A DNA stretch of 64,000 bases from an uncultured Nitrososphaerota archaeon (GCA_963838925.1 CAWISW010000003.1:608001-672000), one strand, 5' to 3'. Shown: positions 20,218 through 30,099, counted from the stretch's first letter. Notes: a model not told the origin generated them from the sequence alone. Made by a program: numbers and translations.

Positions 20218-20415
20218 ATGCGAAGCCTGGTCGTAGTAGCCACAACGTCTGCGGGAGCGGTCAACAAGTTCCCGAAGAGCTCACTTACCGAGGCGCGGAA
20301 CCTGAAGGACTTCTTGGAGCAGACCGGGGAGTATGCGAGCGTGGACCTCTACGAGCTCGAGAAATCCCTCGGGCCCATGTCGCAGTGGGCGAAGCTCGAA
20401 GAAGTCGTCGAATAA
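20218..20415 (+). CDS. small hypothetical protein
   Basis: 65 aa, TATA-like upstream, typical codon usage. Confidence 0.5.
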   Translation: MRSLVVVATTSAGAVNKFPKSSLTEARNLKDFLEQTGEYASVDLYELEKSLGPMSQWAKLEEVVE

Positions 20416-20428
20416 GACGGCGCCGACG

Positions 20429-20815
20429 TCACCCGACTATCCGGGTGATCCTGCTTGCTATCTGTCCCTCGACGTGAAGAGTCCAGAGCGCCTCCGGGAC
20501 GTCGACCGCTATGAAGAGCCACGATAGGAGTATCACCTCGACGGCGACCACCGCGAGGCCCTGTATCCACTTGCCGATGCCCAGGTGGACCGAAAAGTCG
20601 TTCGAATCTCCTGTGAGCATGATTGTGAAACACCTGTCTGCCACGATTATGTCGCGCAGGAAACCGGCCTTCTGCGCCTGGATGACGCGGCCGAGCGGAG
20701 GGCTCGCATACTGGGTCTTGTACCCGTCTGCCTGAAGCTGCTGCTGGATCTGCGACGCCAGCTGGTCCAGGTCCTTGTTCTTGTTCTGAAAACGCATGAC
20801 TTTCTCTGAAACCAA
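20429..20815 (-). CDS. hypothetical protein
   Basis: 128 aa alpha/beta N-terminus plus hydrophobic hairpin. Confidence 0.7.
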   Translation of the reverse strand: MVSEKVMRFQNKNKDLDQLASQIQQQLQADGYKTQYASPPLGRVIQAQKAGFLRDIIVADRCFTIMLTGDSNDFSVHLGIGKWIQGLAVVAVEVILLSWLFIAVDVPEALWTLHVEGQIASRITRIVG

Positions 20816-20949
20816 GGTCTATCCTTTGCCGCGGGCACCGTGTGACCTTATACAGGTTTCCTAAGATTCATCGACGAAGTCGCCTGAGAAGGACGAACCG
20901 AAGCGAGACTTCAGCTAAAATACCAAAGCGGCGGTTCATCTGCCGAAGG

Positions 20950-22239
20950 ATGAGCTCGGAGAAAGACCGGCAGCCGGATGGAGGGCCCTCGTCGAGCTCG
21001 CCCGCGGGGCTTTGGCGCCACTACGACTTTTTGAAGCTGTGGTCGGGCGAGACGGTGTCTCTGGTCGGGGACCAGTTCACGGCCCTCGCCTTCCCCCTCA
21101 CGGCAGTCCTCATCCTGCATGCGTCTGCCGGCCAGATGGGCATCTTGCAGGCCCTGGGCACCCTCCCGTTCCTCATCCTCGGTCTCGTCGCCGGCGTCTG
21201 GGCTGACCGGTACCGGAGGCGGAGGCTCATGATAGTGAGCGACGTGTCCCGCGCCCTCCTCCTGCTCAGCATCCCCGCCGCATACCTCCTGGGAGGGCTG
21301 AGCGTCTACCTGCTCTACGTCGTCAGCTTCGGGACGGGGATGTTCACCGTCGTCTTCGACGTGACCTACCAGTCCTACCTCCCCGCTCTCGTCGAGAGAG
21401 ACCAGCTCATCGACGCCAACGGCAAGCTCCAAGCCAGTGCGTCGGTGGCGTCCGTCGTAGGTCCGAGCCTGGCTGGCGGCCTGATCAATTTCGTCGTCGC
21501 ACCCTTCGCCATCCTGATTGACTCCTTCTCGTTCGTCTGGTCGGCGGTCTCTCTCAGCTGGATCAGGAAGAAGGAAGTGCCGGTCGCAAGGGACTCGCGG
21601 AGGCCAATGGTGGAGGAGATCAAGGAAGGCCTCGCGGTCGTACTGCACAGTCGCGAGCTCCGGGCGATTGCGGGCTGCACGGCCACCTTCAACTTCTTCT
21701 CGAGCATGATAAGCGCGATCTTGATCCTCTACGCGGTCGACCGGCTCGGGCTGACCCCCTTCCTGATTGGCGTGACGATCGCCCTCGCGAGCCTTGGCTC
21801 GCTGCTTGGAGCCCTCATCACGGCGAGGCTCGGCAAGCTCGTCAGGGTGGGCTGGCTGATCATACTGTCGGTCGCAATCTCCTCGGCGGGATGGCTCCTC
21901 GTGATCCCCGCCGTCCCGCCATACGGCATCTACTACTTGGTGCCCGCTTATTTCATCGTCGCCTTCGGAGGGGTTGTCTACAACATCAACCAGCTAAGCT
22001 ACCGACAGGCCCTCGTCCCGATAAGGCTGCAAGGGAGGCTTAACGCGACGATGCGCTTCATCGTCTGGGGCACCCTCCCCGTCGGCGCGCTCATGGGGGG
22101 TGCAATCGGGCAGGTCTACGGCCTCTACCCTGCCCTCGTCGTGGGTGCTGTGGGCGGGTCGCTCTCGTTCCTGTGGGTCCTATTTTCTCCCGTTCGTCGT
22201 GTCAAGAGCATCCCGACCGCAGAGGAGATGGTGAAGTGA
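20950..22239 (+). CDS. MFS transporter (DHA3/macrolide-efflux-like)
   Basis: DFLKLWSGETVS, GVWADRYRRRRLM, LQGRLNA. Confidence 0.9.
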   Translation: MSSEKDRQPDGGPSSSSPAGLWRHYDFLKLWSGETVSLVGDQFTALAFPLTAVLILHASAGQMGILQALGTLPFLILGLVAGVWADRYRRRRLMIVSDVSRALLLLSIPAAYLLGGLSVYLLYVVSFGTGMFTVVFDVTYQSYLPALVERDQLIDANGKLQASASVASVVGPSLAGGLINFVVAPFAILIDSFSFVWSAVSLSWIRKKEVPVARDSRRPMVEEIKEGLAVVLHSRELRAIAGCTATFNFFSSMISAILILYAVDRLGLTPFLIGVTIALASLGSLLGALITARLGKLVRVGWLIILSVAISSAGWLLVIPAVPPYGIYYLVPAYFIVAFGGVVYNINQLSYRQALVPIRLQGRLNATMRFIVWGTLPVGALMGGAIGQVYGLYPALVVGAVGGSLSFLWVLFSPVRRVKSIPTAEEMVK

Positions 22240-22511
22240 GATGAGAGGGCCAACGCAGCCACCCAGAGGATGGCAGAGACGAGCACGGGCAGCCAGAACC
22301 CCGGCTTCGAGGTCTTGTGGTGGAAGACCCATCCGCCCACAAAGATCCCGACGAACCCCCCGAAGAGCGCTATCAGCCACAACGTCCTTTCCCTGACTCT
22401 GCTCCACCCTCCCACCGCGAGAAGCTTGTCGACGCCCATAGCGGCGAAGCCGAAGATGCTGACCAATCCAACCCACTCAATCAGCAGCGACGAACCTGGA
22501 CCCAGAGGCAT
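22125..22511 (-). CDS. DUF1294 family membrane protein
   Basis: AMGVDK...RVRERTLW...GG...FHHKTSK; 3' end overlaps the convergent MFS gene. Confidence 0.8.
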   Translation of the reverse strand: MPLGPGSSLLIEWVGLVSIFGFAAMGVDKLLAVGGWSRVRERTLWLIALFGGFVGIFVGGWVFHHKTSKPGFWLPVLVSAILWVAALALSSHFTISSAVGMLLTRRTGENRTHRNESDPPTAPTTRAG

Positions 22512-22590
22512 CCCAAGACGTCGAAAGCCCGCGGGCGATAATAACCCCACCTTGGCCGGAGGCTAGAGATATAGAGAAGGCAAGCGTTCG

Positions 22591-23670
22591 GTGAATCTGG
22601 GCTCTGACTTGCGATTTGGAACCAGCCGAAGCCTGTCCACGGTCGTGGCCGTCGTCGGGTTGGCACTCATAGGGCTCGTCCTCGTGGCGGCCATCCGCGG
22701 TGGCTCAACTGTGAGCGCCACCACCACCGTGAGCAGCTACACGGCCTCCGGCTCGACGGCGATGAGCTTCGCGGTGCTGGACCAGAGCGCGAGCTACGGG
22801 ATCCCGTCCTACGACGACCAGGCGGTCCAGCAGGCGGACCTCTCGATGCTGCTCTCGACCGGCGCCCAGTGCGTCAGGGTCGACATCGGCTACGGCCCGT
22901 GGCTCTCCAACGACCAGGCCACGATATCCCTGATCACCTCGGTGGTCAACTCGATAAGGAGCGCGGGGAGGTGCCTGATCATCGCGGACGCGAGCTCGGA
23001 GAGCTATCGCAACGGCGGGGGGCTGCCGTGGAGCCAGTTCAAGGTGGCCTGGGTCTCAAGGGTGCAGACGCTGGCTGCCCTCTACCACCCTGACTACTAC
23101 ATCGTGGTCAAGGAGCCGGGGTGGTACGTGCCCATGGTCAGCGACTCGTCGACGAACCCAGAGTTCCAGAACATGAGCGACTGGGTGGCCCTGACCCAGA
23201 ACCTGACGTCGGCGGTCCTCTCCTCCTCGCCGGGGACGAAGGTGGGAGTGGCGATAGCGGCGGACAGCCTGAACTCCGACCAGGCGTCCTACACCGCCTA
23301 CCTCAACCAGGTGCAGGCCATCCCGGGGCTCTCCTTCATCGGCTTCGACGTCTACACGTCGACCGGGCAGACCGCGGCCGAGACCTACCTCTCCCAGAAC
23401 CCTCCCACGAAGGACGTCTGGATCTCGGAGGCGTGGCGCGCAGACGGCGCGCAGATCTACTACCCGGTCAACGCCCAGCCCGACGCGCAGTGGATGAAGT
23501 CGATCTACCAGTTCGCCCAGTCCATAGGCGCGAAGATGCTCATCCCCTTCTACACGGACCTCTTCTCGGGCTACACGGTCCCCACCGACTCCAGCTCGAT
23601 GGTCGCGTTCTACCAGGGGAGGACGCCGGCCTACACGGAGTTCAAGAACGTGGTGTCCGGAAATCCCTAG
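22591..23670 (+). CDS. membrane-anchored glycoside-hydrolase-like TIM-barrel protein
   Basis: VRVDI, VVKEP (acid/base-like), IGFDVY, VWISEAW (nucleophile-like), clan GH-A pattern. Confidence 0.65.
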   Translation: MNLGSDLRFGTSRSLSTVVAVVGLALIGLVLVAAIRGGSTVSATTTVSSYTASGSTAMSFAVLDQSASYGIPSYDDQAVQQADLSMLLSTGAQCVRVDIGYGPWLSNDQATISLITSVVNSIRSAGRCLIIADASSESYRNGGGLPWSQFKVAWVSRVQTLAALYHPDYYIVVKEPGWYVPMVSDSSTNPEFQNMSDWVALTQNLTSAVLSSSPGTKVGVAIAADSLNSDQASYTAYLNQVQAIPGLSFIGFDVYTSTGQTAAETYLSQNPPTKDVWISEAWRADGAQIYYPVNAQPDAQWMKSIYQFAQSIGAKMLIPFYTDLFSGYTVPTDSSSMVAFYQGRTPAYTEFKNVVSGNP

Positions 23671-23736
23671 CCTGCCGTCTGGTTGCTCCACGTCTCGACG
23701 TTGAGGCTTTAATACGCGCGCCCCAGTCCCTTTGCA

Positions 23737-23874
23737 TTGTCTTTTTCTGAAGAAACCGAATACGATGACCAGATTGTGATTGTCGACGGCATAGGGATAA
23801 CCCACTTCATACCGAGGCGCTCCCCCGCCCAGAAGGAGGCGCCCGCGAAGAAGCCGAAGAAAAAGAGCCGGTAG
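23737..23874 (+). CDS. 45-aa small protein (below ORF-track cutoff)
   Basis: TTTAATA 22 nt upstream of TTG; MSFSEETEYDDQIVIVDGIGITHFIPRRSPAQKEAPAKKPKKKSR. Confidence 0.55.
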   Translation: MSFSEETEYDDQIVIVDGIGITHFIPRRSPAQKEAPAKKPKKKSR

Positions 23875-23882
23875 AGCCCGGG

Positions 23883-24224
23883 CTAAGGGCTCCCTGCCAT
23901 TATCCAGACGAGGTTGCCGTCTGGGTCCTTGAACTGCGAAATCTCGCCCCAGGCCTTCTTGGTGTAGTCGATGGCGAACTTCACGCCCTTCTTCTTGAGG
24001 TCAGCGACCGTGCTCTTCAGGTCTGCGCTGTAGAACGCGGCGCCGGTGTTCCCCGGCTCGAGCTCTCCCTCGCATAGATGGAGCTTCCACTTCGCCCCCT
24101 TTGGCGAGACCGTCACCCAGTGTTCCTCGATCTCGGCCACGAAGCCGAGCTTCTCCTTGTACCAAGCCGCGGACTTTTTGGCGTCTGAAACCATTATCGC
24201 CAAGCTGAAGTCTTTTGAAATCAT
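23883..24224 (-). CDS. VOC/glyoxalase family protein
   Basis: VSDAKKSAAWYKEKLGF; WGEISQFKDPDGN. Confidence 0.88.
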   Translation of the reverse strand: MISKDFSLAIMVSDAKKSAAWYKEKLGFVAEIEEHWVTVSPKGAKWKLHLCEGELEPGNTGAAFYSADLKSTVADLKKKGVKFAIDYTKKAWGEISQFKDPDGNLVWIMAGSP

Positions 24225-24271
24225 AGCCGCCCCATGACGGGGTGCCTAATCCCCTTTTCGATTGGGGAGAG

Positions 24272-24793
24272 TCAGGAGAGGTCTGAGGCCTTCAGCCTCT
24301 CGCCGTATCTCTCGCGGAAGGCCAGCTCCTCCAGGGGCTTCCTGTTCTTCTTCCCAAGGATCTTCCTCTTCGAGTAGCCGAACCCGAGGACGGCCGCGGG
24401 CTTGAGCTCCTCGGGAATCGCGTAGTCCTTGCGCAGCGCGACCTCTCCGACCCCCGTGTAGATGCCGGAGGCGACGCCGAAGTTCCACGCGGCGAGCTCC
24501 ATGTCCTGGACGACCCGCCCCGCGTCTATGGAGCTCCCCGGAACCTTGGGGTCGATCAGGATGACGACCGCGAAGTCCGCTCCCTCCACCCACTTGCCCG
24601 TCGTGCTGTCAGCCGCGAGCCTCCTGAGATTCGCGCGGTCTTGGATGACGACGAAGCGCCAGTGCTGCGTGTTCATCGAGGACGCCGTCAGCCTCGCCGC
24701 CTCGAGGATCTTACTCTTGGTCTCGCCCGGGACGCGCTTGGATTGGAACTCTCTCACGTCCAGCTTGGTGGAGATCGCGTCGAAAGTGTCCAT
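24272..24793 (-). CDS. nitroreductase family protein
   Basis: ILEAARLTASSMNTQHWRFVVI; DAGRVVQDMELAAW. Confidence 0.9.
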   Translation of the reverse strand: MDTFDAISTKLDVREFQSKRVPGETKSKILEAARLTASSMNTQHWRFVVIQDRANLRRLAADSTTGKWVEGADFAVVILIDPKVPGSSIDAGRVVQDMELAAWNFGVASGIYTGVGEVALRKDYAIPEELKPAAVLGFGYSKRKILGKKNRKPLEELAFRERYGERLKASDLS

Positions 24794-24879
24794 TGAGACA
24801 GAAAGAACGCCCGCCCTTAGTTAGGCGTTCCGGTCGGCCTTCGCTAGATATTTAACGAGTGAAACCCGTCGGAGTCGCA

Positions 24880-25260
24880 ATGGCCTCCACCCCCGGGCAG
24901 CCACCGTCATCGCCGAGCCGGACACGGAGGCTGTTCTACGCGATCTCAGGCATCGTCGCGGTGATGGTGGTCGGCACGATAGGCTTCCACCAGATAGAGG
25001 GCATGAGTTGGGTGAACTCCGTCTACTTCGAGAGCATGCTCGCCACCGGCCAGGGACCTCCCATCCAGCTCATGACCGACTCGGGCAAGATCTTCGCGTC
25101 GGTGATGGCCTTCGTCTCCGTAGGCTCGGTGATCACCGCGTTGGTCGTCACCCTCGCCCCCATAATCTCGCAGCTCTGGCGGGAGGGATGGGAGAGGGCA
25201 GAGAAGGACGCGAAGACCCTGGAGCGAGACCTCTCGGGAAAGAAGAAGGCCGACGAGTAG
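24880..25260 (+). CDS. two-TM potassium-channel-like pore protein
   Basis: GTIGFHQIEGMSWVNSVYF..MLATGQGP...GKIF. Confidence 0.75.
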   Translation: MASTPGQPPSSPSRTRRLFYAISGIVAVMVVGTIGFHQIEGMSWVNSVYFESMLATGQGPPIQLMTDSGKIFASVMAFVSVGSVITALVVTLAPIISQLWREGWERAEKDAKTLERDLSGKKKADE

Positions 25261-25275
25261 CCGCGAGCTCGGCGC

Positions 25276-26679
25276 CTAGTCCTCGAGCCGAGCGAGGAAC
25301 ACGGTCTCCGAGTAAGGCCTCTTGTCCCTCTCGGTCCTGTCCTCCACCGGCCTCTCGAAAGACCTCTCGATGCGCATCCCCGCCTCCTCGAAGATGGACG
25401 GGTAGAGGCCGAGCCGGTCGTTAGCGACGAGGAGGACGGCCGCCCTTGGGGCGAGTCCCTCCCTGACGTTGAGGAGGGACTCCGCCATCCCCTTGGAGTA
25501 CTCTGCCTGCGCCCGCTCTCCCTTCCCTCTGGTCTTCGGCCCTATCTCGAGCTCGTCCCTCCTCTCTATCCCGAAGAGCTCGTACGCGTATCTGTGCTGC
25601 TCGTGGTAGTCTATCTGCCCCACGTACGGGGGCGAGGTGAACACGGCCTCGGCCCGCCTGCCGCCGAGCTCGTCCCCGAGCCTGACCATCCTCGAGTCGC
25701 CCTCGATCACGAGCGAGGTCGCGGGCTTCCTCGCCCTCTGAAACTCCCCGACCCGGCGCAGCGTGTCGACCGAGTACGACCTCAGCCTTGGGACGATCGT
25801 CGTGACCGGCTCGCACGTCTTTCCCATGTGCTTGTAGCAGACGTAGGGAGCCCTGACGGGCTTCTTGGGGGTCGCGAGGTCGTAGTGGTGGACGAGCCTG
25901 CACGAGCGGGCCGTCCTGCTCAGGAGGACCTTCAGGAGGTCCTGGTGCTCGTACTCGGGTATGACGTCGCGGAAGAAGAGCATCTCGCGAAGGCTCCTGG
26001 GCGCGAACCAGGTCGCGAGATAGTCGCCGTCGTCTGCGCTCGCCCTTGCCAGCCTCGCCCCCTTGCCGTCCGGGTACTCCTTCGCGCTGAACTCCGCGGT
26101 CCGCCTCGTGATGTCGGAGACCTCCCTATCCAACTTCGGGACGTCGTACTCAGCGAGCTTCACCCTCGAGATCATCACGTTGAACTCCGAGACCTCGACG
26201 CCGACGGAGTCGATCCCCCTCTCGCTCGCCTCGACCAGCGTCGTCGCCGAGCCGCTGAAGGGGTCCACCACCAACTGCCCCCGCTCGAGGTACCTCTCCA
26301 GGAAGTAGCCCACCAGCTGGGGTATGAACTTCCCGAGGTACGGGTGGAGCCTGTGGACGTGCTTCGTCCTGTCCCTCTCGGGGACGTCTAGGAACGCTAT
26401 CGAGGTGTCGCCAATCTTCAGCGCCTCCATCCTCGACCTGACCCTCTCGTTCCAGCTCTCGACGTAGCCGAGCAGCTCCCTCCTCGAGACCCTGAGCCCT
26501 CCGCTCCCCGCCCGGCTGACGACCCTCCCGCTCGCGTCGTACCTCCTGAGGCGGTTGTACTGGACGAGGTAGGAGATGTTGCTCGGCGTCTTGCCGACTA
26601 GGAGCGCCGCGTCGTCCAGGGTGAGCAGGTCCTCGACCAGCGCGCCCCTCTGCGCTCCCGGGGCAGGTCTCTTCGCCAA
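25276..26679 (-). CDS. orphan N4-cytosine DNA methyltransferase with N-terminal HTH
   Basis: HPYLGKFIPQL, DPFSGSATT, FTSPPY; N-terminal LLTLDDAA...NISYLVQYNRL. Confidence 0.88.
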   Translation of the reverse strand: MAKRPAPGAQRGALVEDLLTLDDAALLVGKTPSNISYLVQYNRLRRYDASGRVVSRAGSGGLRVSRRELLGYVESWNERVRSRMEALKIGDTSIAFLDVPERDRTKHVHRLHPYLGKFIPQLVGYFLERYLERGQLVVDPFSGSATTLVEASERGIDSVGVEVSEFNVMISRVKLAEYDVPKLDREVSDITRRTAEFSAKEYPDGKGARLARASADDGDYLATWFAPRSLREMLFFRDVIPEYEHQDLLKVLLSRTARSCRLVHHYDLATPKKPVRAPYVCYKHMGKTCEPVTTIVPRLRSYSVDTLRRVGEFQRARKPATSLVIEGDSRMVRLGDELGGRRAEAVFTSPPYVGQIDYHEQHRYAYELFGIERRDELEIGPKTRGKGERAQAEYSKGMAESLLNVREGLAPRAAVLLVANDRLGLYPSIFEEAGMRIERSFERPVEDRTERDKRPYSETVFLARLED

Positions 26680-26721
26680 TGGCTTCCGAGCCCAAAGGCC
26701 GTGTTTTCTATTAATGCCTTC

Positions 26722-26792
26722 CGCGGCGCGGTTCTGACGCGTCTTAGGGAGAAGAGGCCTTCAGGCCTTCATGTGGTGCAACTTGGGAGATG
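26722..26792. repeat. left arm of ~72-bp imperfect inverted repeat
   Basis: shares GCGTCTTAGGGAGA and GTGGTGCAACT..GGAGATG with the reverse complement of 27546-27617. Confidence 0.8.
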
Positions 26793-26874
26793 ACGCCTCA
26801 TCGTAGGATAATTGAACAGGAAGGCCGTTCGGGCAAACATATTTCCGGATGGACACGCCAAGGACCGATACGAA

Positions 26875-27534
26875 ATGAGAACTCGAAGGTCTGCAATCGG
26901 AAAGGGGGTCATTACCATGATTGCAGTCGCAGTCATAGTCGGAGCGGTGGGGGTCATCTCGCTTTCGCCGCGGTCGAATGTCTCCACTTCTTCCAATACT
27001 CCTTCTCCTGCTTTGTCCGGCATAGCGCCGTATATCGGGGGGCTATCTGCACAGAATGTCTCTTGTTCCCTCGCAAGCGGCGTTTGCGCCTTCACGATAG
27101 TGAACAACAGCACCACGCCACTGGAACTGGAAGACTTTTGCCAAATGACGGTGATAGCAGCCGTCAACGTGACCTCCACAACGACCTACACTGCCGGCAG
27201 CGAATCGGCGACCACGACCTACATCAGCTTCGGAAATGGGTCGACCTCGACAGTGATTTCCACACCCAACAGCTCTGCCACCGCGTCCACGGCCATCGTG
27301 ACCCTAACGGAATATCTCAACATCAACGGCACGATTAGCGGTCCCGCCGCAACTGGTATCCCCGCTGATTCTCAGGCCGCCGCCACTTGCACAATGCCCA
27401 CCACGCAGCTCGGCCACGAGACGGAAGGGTCGGTTGCCGATGGAGGCCTCCAGGTGAAGATCATCGATTCTGTTGACTCCTACCCGGCTGGAACGGAGAT
27501 ACGCTTTGGCTTCGAAGGCACGTGGAGCCACTGA
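26875..27534 (+). CDS. pilin-like surface protein (class III signal-like)
   Basis: MRTRRSA|IGKGVITMIAVAVIV; four Cys; ends FEGTWSH; AT-richer than flanks. Confidence 0.65.
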   Translation: MRTRRSAIGKGVITMIAVAVIVGAVGVISLSPRSNVSTSSNTPSPALSGIAPYIGGLSAQNVSCSLASGVCAFTIVNNSTTPLELEDFCQMTVIAAVNVTSTTTYTAGSESATTTYISFGNGSTSTVISTPNSSATASTAIVTLTEYLNINGTISGPAATGIPADSQAAATCTMPTTQLGHETEGSVADGGLQVKIIDSVDSYPAGTEIRFGFEGTWSH

Positions 27535-27545
27535 AGCGGTCTTTC

Positions 27546-27617
27546 CATCTCCGGAGTTGCACCACCAAAAATCCTCACGGGCCTATCTCCCTAAGACGCA
27601 CCAGAACCCGCGGCGCG
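27546..27617. repeat. right arm of ~72-bp imperfect inverted repeat
   Basis: reverse complement aligns with 26722-26792. Confidence 0.8.
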
Positions 27618-27660
27618 CTCAAGGTCAGCCCCCACCCAATGCATATACTCCGACCGGTGA

Positions 27661-29079
27661 GTGGGGACTGGCAGCTTGGGCCTGCGACGGGACCTCTCCT
27701 ACTTCGACCTGATGAACATCGTCATCGGGGCCATCGTCGGCAGCGACATCTACGTGATCCCCGGGATCACCGCAGGGCTAATCGGACCCTTCGCCATCGT
27801 GATCTGGATAATAGGCGGGGCCACCGCCATGGTGCTTGCTATGGTCTTCGGCTACTGCGCGTACTACGTCCCCAACGTCGGGGGCTCGTACGCCTACGTG
27901 TCCACCGCCTTCAACAGGTTCTACGGCTTCATAGCCGGGTGGAGCATGTGCATCGCCGAGATAGTCGCGCTCCCCGTGTACGCGATCGTGTTCATTACCT
28001 ACCTCCAGTACTTCGTCCCCGTCAACGCGGAGGAGCAGCTTGTCATCAAATCCCTCTTCGTCCTCGCCTTCGTCGCGATAAACGTCCGAGGCGTGAAGGC
28101 CGCCGGCAGGCTGAACGACGTCCTCACCCTCGCCAAGCTCGCCCCTCTGCTCCTCATAATCGTGCTCGGCTTGGGCTCGCTAGCCCTCCACCCCAAGCTC
28201 GTCGGCAACTACACGCCGTTCGCCCCCTTCGGGCTCAACAACTTCGGGACGGTCATGGTCCTGGTCTTCTGGGCGTACGCGGGGTTCGAGCTGGGGAGCC
28301 TGCCGTCGAGCGAAGTCGTCGACCCGAAGAGGAACGTCCCCCGGGCGCTCATCGTGGGGATGGCCATCGTGGTGCTCTTCTACGTGCTGACGAACGTCGC
28401 GGTCTTCGGGCTGGTCGGCTCGGCCAACCTCGCGAAGAGCGCGGTTCCGCTCATACTGGTGAGCACGGTCCTCCTCGGCACCTTGGGATCCGTGATAACG
28501 GGAGTCGGCGCCCTCGCCTCCGTCTCCGGGACTGACGAGACCGAGGTCATGGGGACCGCCCGCCTGATCTACGCGATGTCGGCGGACGGGTTGCTGCCCA
28601 AGGCGCTCGCGAAGGTCCACGCGCGCTTCAAGACCCCGCACGTCGCGATCCTCCTCGAGGGCGGGATAGCGCTCGTGCTCTCGCTCTTCACAGGCATAGC
28701 CCAGCTCATCTCGTTCGCCGTCTTCAACCTCGGAGTGTGCTACCTCCTCGTATGCCTCGCCCTGGTCGTGCTGAAGAGGAAGCGCGAAAAGGGCCTGCCA
28801 GGGCAGGGTGTGATCCCCTGGCTCGGCGCGGCAATCAGCATCTACCTGCTCTACTCCACTTCCCTCCTCGACAAGGTGCTCGGGTCGGCCTTCGTGCTCC
28901 TCGGCATCCCCATCTACCTCTTCTTCTCAAAGGCGAAGGTCCGGGAAGTCGAAGCCGAGCTCATCTCCGATGAAGCGATCCTCCAGGCGGAGCTCGAGAA
29001 GCAGCACGGCTTCCTGGCGAACCTCGTCAGGCTGACGAGGGCCGCCTATCGGCGCCTCAGTCGCAGGCCGAAGAAGTGA
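27661..29079 (+). CDS. APC-family amino acid permease
   Basis: IGAIVGSDIY, GGSYAYV, FWAYAGFE, FKTPHVAI. Confidence 0.92.
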   Translation: MGTGSLGLRRDLSYFDLMNIVIGAIVGSDIYVIPGITAGLIGPFAIVIWIIGGATAMVLAMVFGYCAYYVPNVGGSYAYVSTAFNRFYGFIAGWSMCIAEIVALPVYAIVFITYLQYFVPVNAEEQLVIKSLFVLAFVAINVRGVKAAGRLNDVLTLAKLAPLLLIIVLGLGSLALHPKLVGNYTPFAPFGLNNFGTVMVLVFWAYAGFELGSLPSSEVVDPKRNVPRALIVGMAIVVLFYVLTNVAVFGLVGSANLAKSAVPLILVSTVLLGTLGSVITGVGALASVSGTDETEVMGTARLIYAMSADGLLPKALAKVHARFKTPHVAILLEGGIALVLSLFTGIAQLISFAVFNLGVCYLLVCLALVVLKRKREKGLPGQGVIPWLGAAISIYLLYSTSLLDKVLGSAFVLLGIPIYLFFSKAKVREVEAELISDEAILQAELEKQHGFLANLVRLTRAAYRRLSRRPKK

Positions 29080-29138
29080 CTTCTCATGGAGGGGAGATGC
29101 AGAGGGTTTTTCTCGCCGCTTCATCGTGTCCGTCTCAC

Positions 29139-30017
29139 ATGCTCAGCTCGAGGGCGAGGCTAGCCGTCGCCATCCTAGCGGTAGTCGGGATCGCCCTGGC
29201 GGCCGTCGCCTTCCTCTCGCTCCCCGGGACCCAGCAATCAGGACAGCCGAGCGGCTCCGCGGTCACCGCCGTGGTGACCGCCTCCGGCGGAAACGTCACG
29301 TTCACGCAAGGCCCCGGCACCGCCGTCTCCTCGCCCTCGTGCGCCGGGTCGACCGAGACCTACGGGAACCTGACGTGGAGCGTCAGTCCCTGCGTCTCCT
29401 ACGGCTTCCCCTCGGCGCCCCTCAAGAACGCGACCCTCGACTCGCAGCAGGTCCTCGCCTTCATCAAGGGGGCCTACGAGTACCACCTCGTCTACTTCGC
29501 GTTCAGCAAGGCCTACGCGAACGTGATGTACGCCATCCTGAACGTCACCGGGAGCCAGGTCGTGACCGGAAACTGGACGACAGGGTACCAAGTGTCATAC
29601 GTCGGGGACAAGCTGCTCAACGTAACCGTCATCCAGGTGATCCCATCCCACTACCAGGTGACGCACCTCTCGTCGTACTCTCTCCCGGACAGGAACTCGA
29701 CGGTGACCTACACGCCGCAGCAGCGGGACGCAATCCAGGTGGCGCTCTCCGATCCCAAGTCGAAGTCGCTCATGGTGGCGGCTCCCTACTACGTCGAGTT
29801 CGTGGGGTCGTCTGGCAACGGGACGCTCGTCGGCACCTACTTCATCCAGCTCTACCAGGTCGACGGCACAGGCGTCGTGGGCGCATTCGTCAACCCGTCC
29901 ACCGACTCGGTGGTCAGCACTTACTCCGAGCAGAGGATCTCTGGCGAGTGCTGGCCCGGAGGCATAGTCATCACGGACCCGTGGGACGCGACGGGCTACA
30001 GCGGCTGCAGCGGATAG
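29139..30017 (+). CDS. membrane-anchored surface protein
   Basis: N-terminal TM, multiple N-glycosylation sequons, Cys pairs. Confidence 0.7.
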   Translation: MLSSRARLAVAILAVVGIALAAVAFLSLPGTQQSGQPSGSAVTAVVTASGGNVTFTQGPGTAVSSPSCAGSTETYGNLTWSVSPCVSYGFPSAPLKNATLDSQQVLAFIKGAYEYHLVYFAFSKAYANVMYAILNVTGSQVVTGNWTTGYQVSYVGDKLLNVTVIQVIPSHYQVTHLSSYSLPDRNSTVTYTPQQRDAIQVALSDPKSKSLMVAAPYYVEFVGSSGNGTLVGTYFIQLYQVDGTGVVGAFVNPSTDSVVSTYSEQRISGECWPGGIVITDPWDATGYSGCSG

Positions 30018-30099
30018 TCGCTGCGATAGGCCTCGTTATCACGGTTGAGAATCGCACTCATTCTTTAAAGCCCAGGGGCGCACTGGAACACCCGCTATA

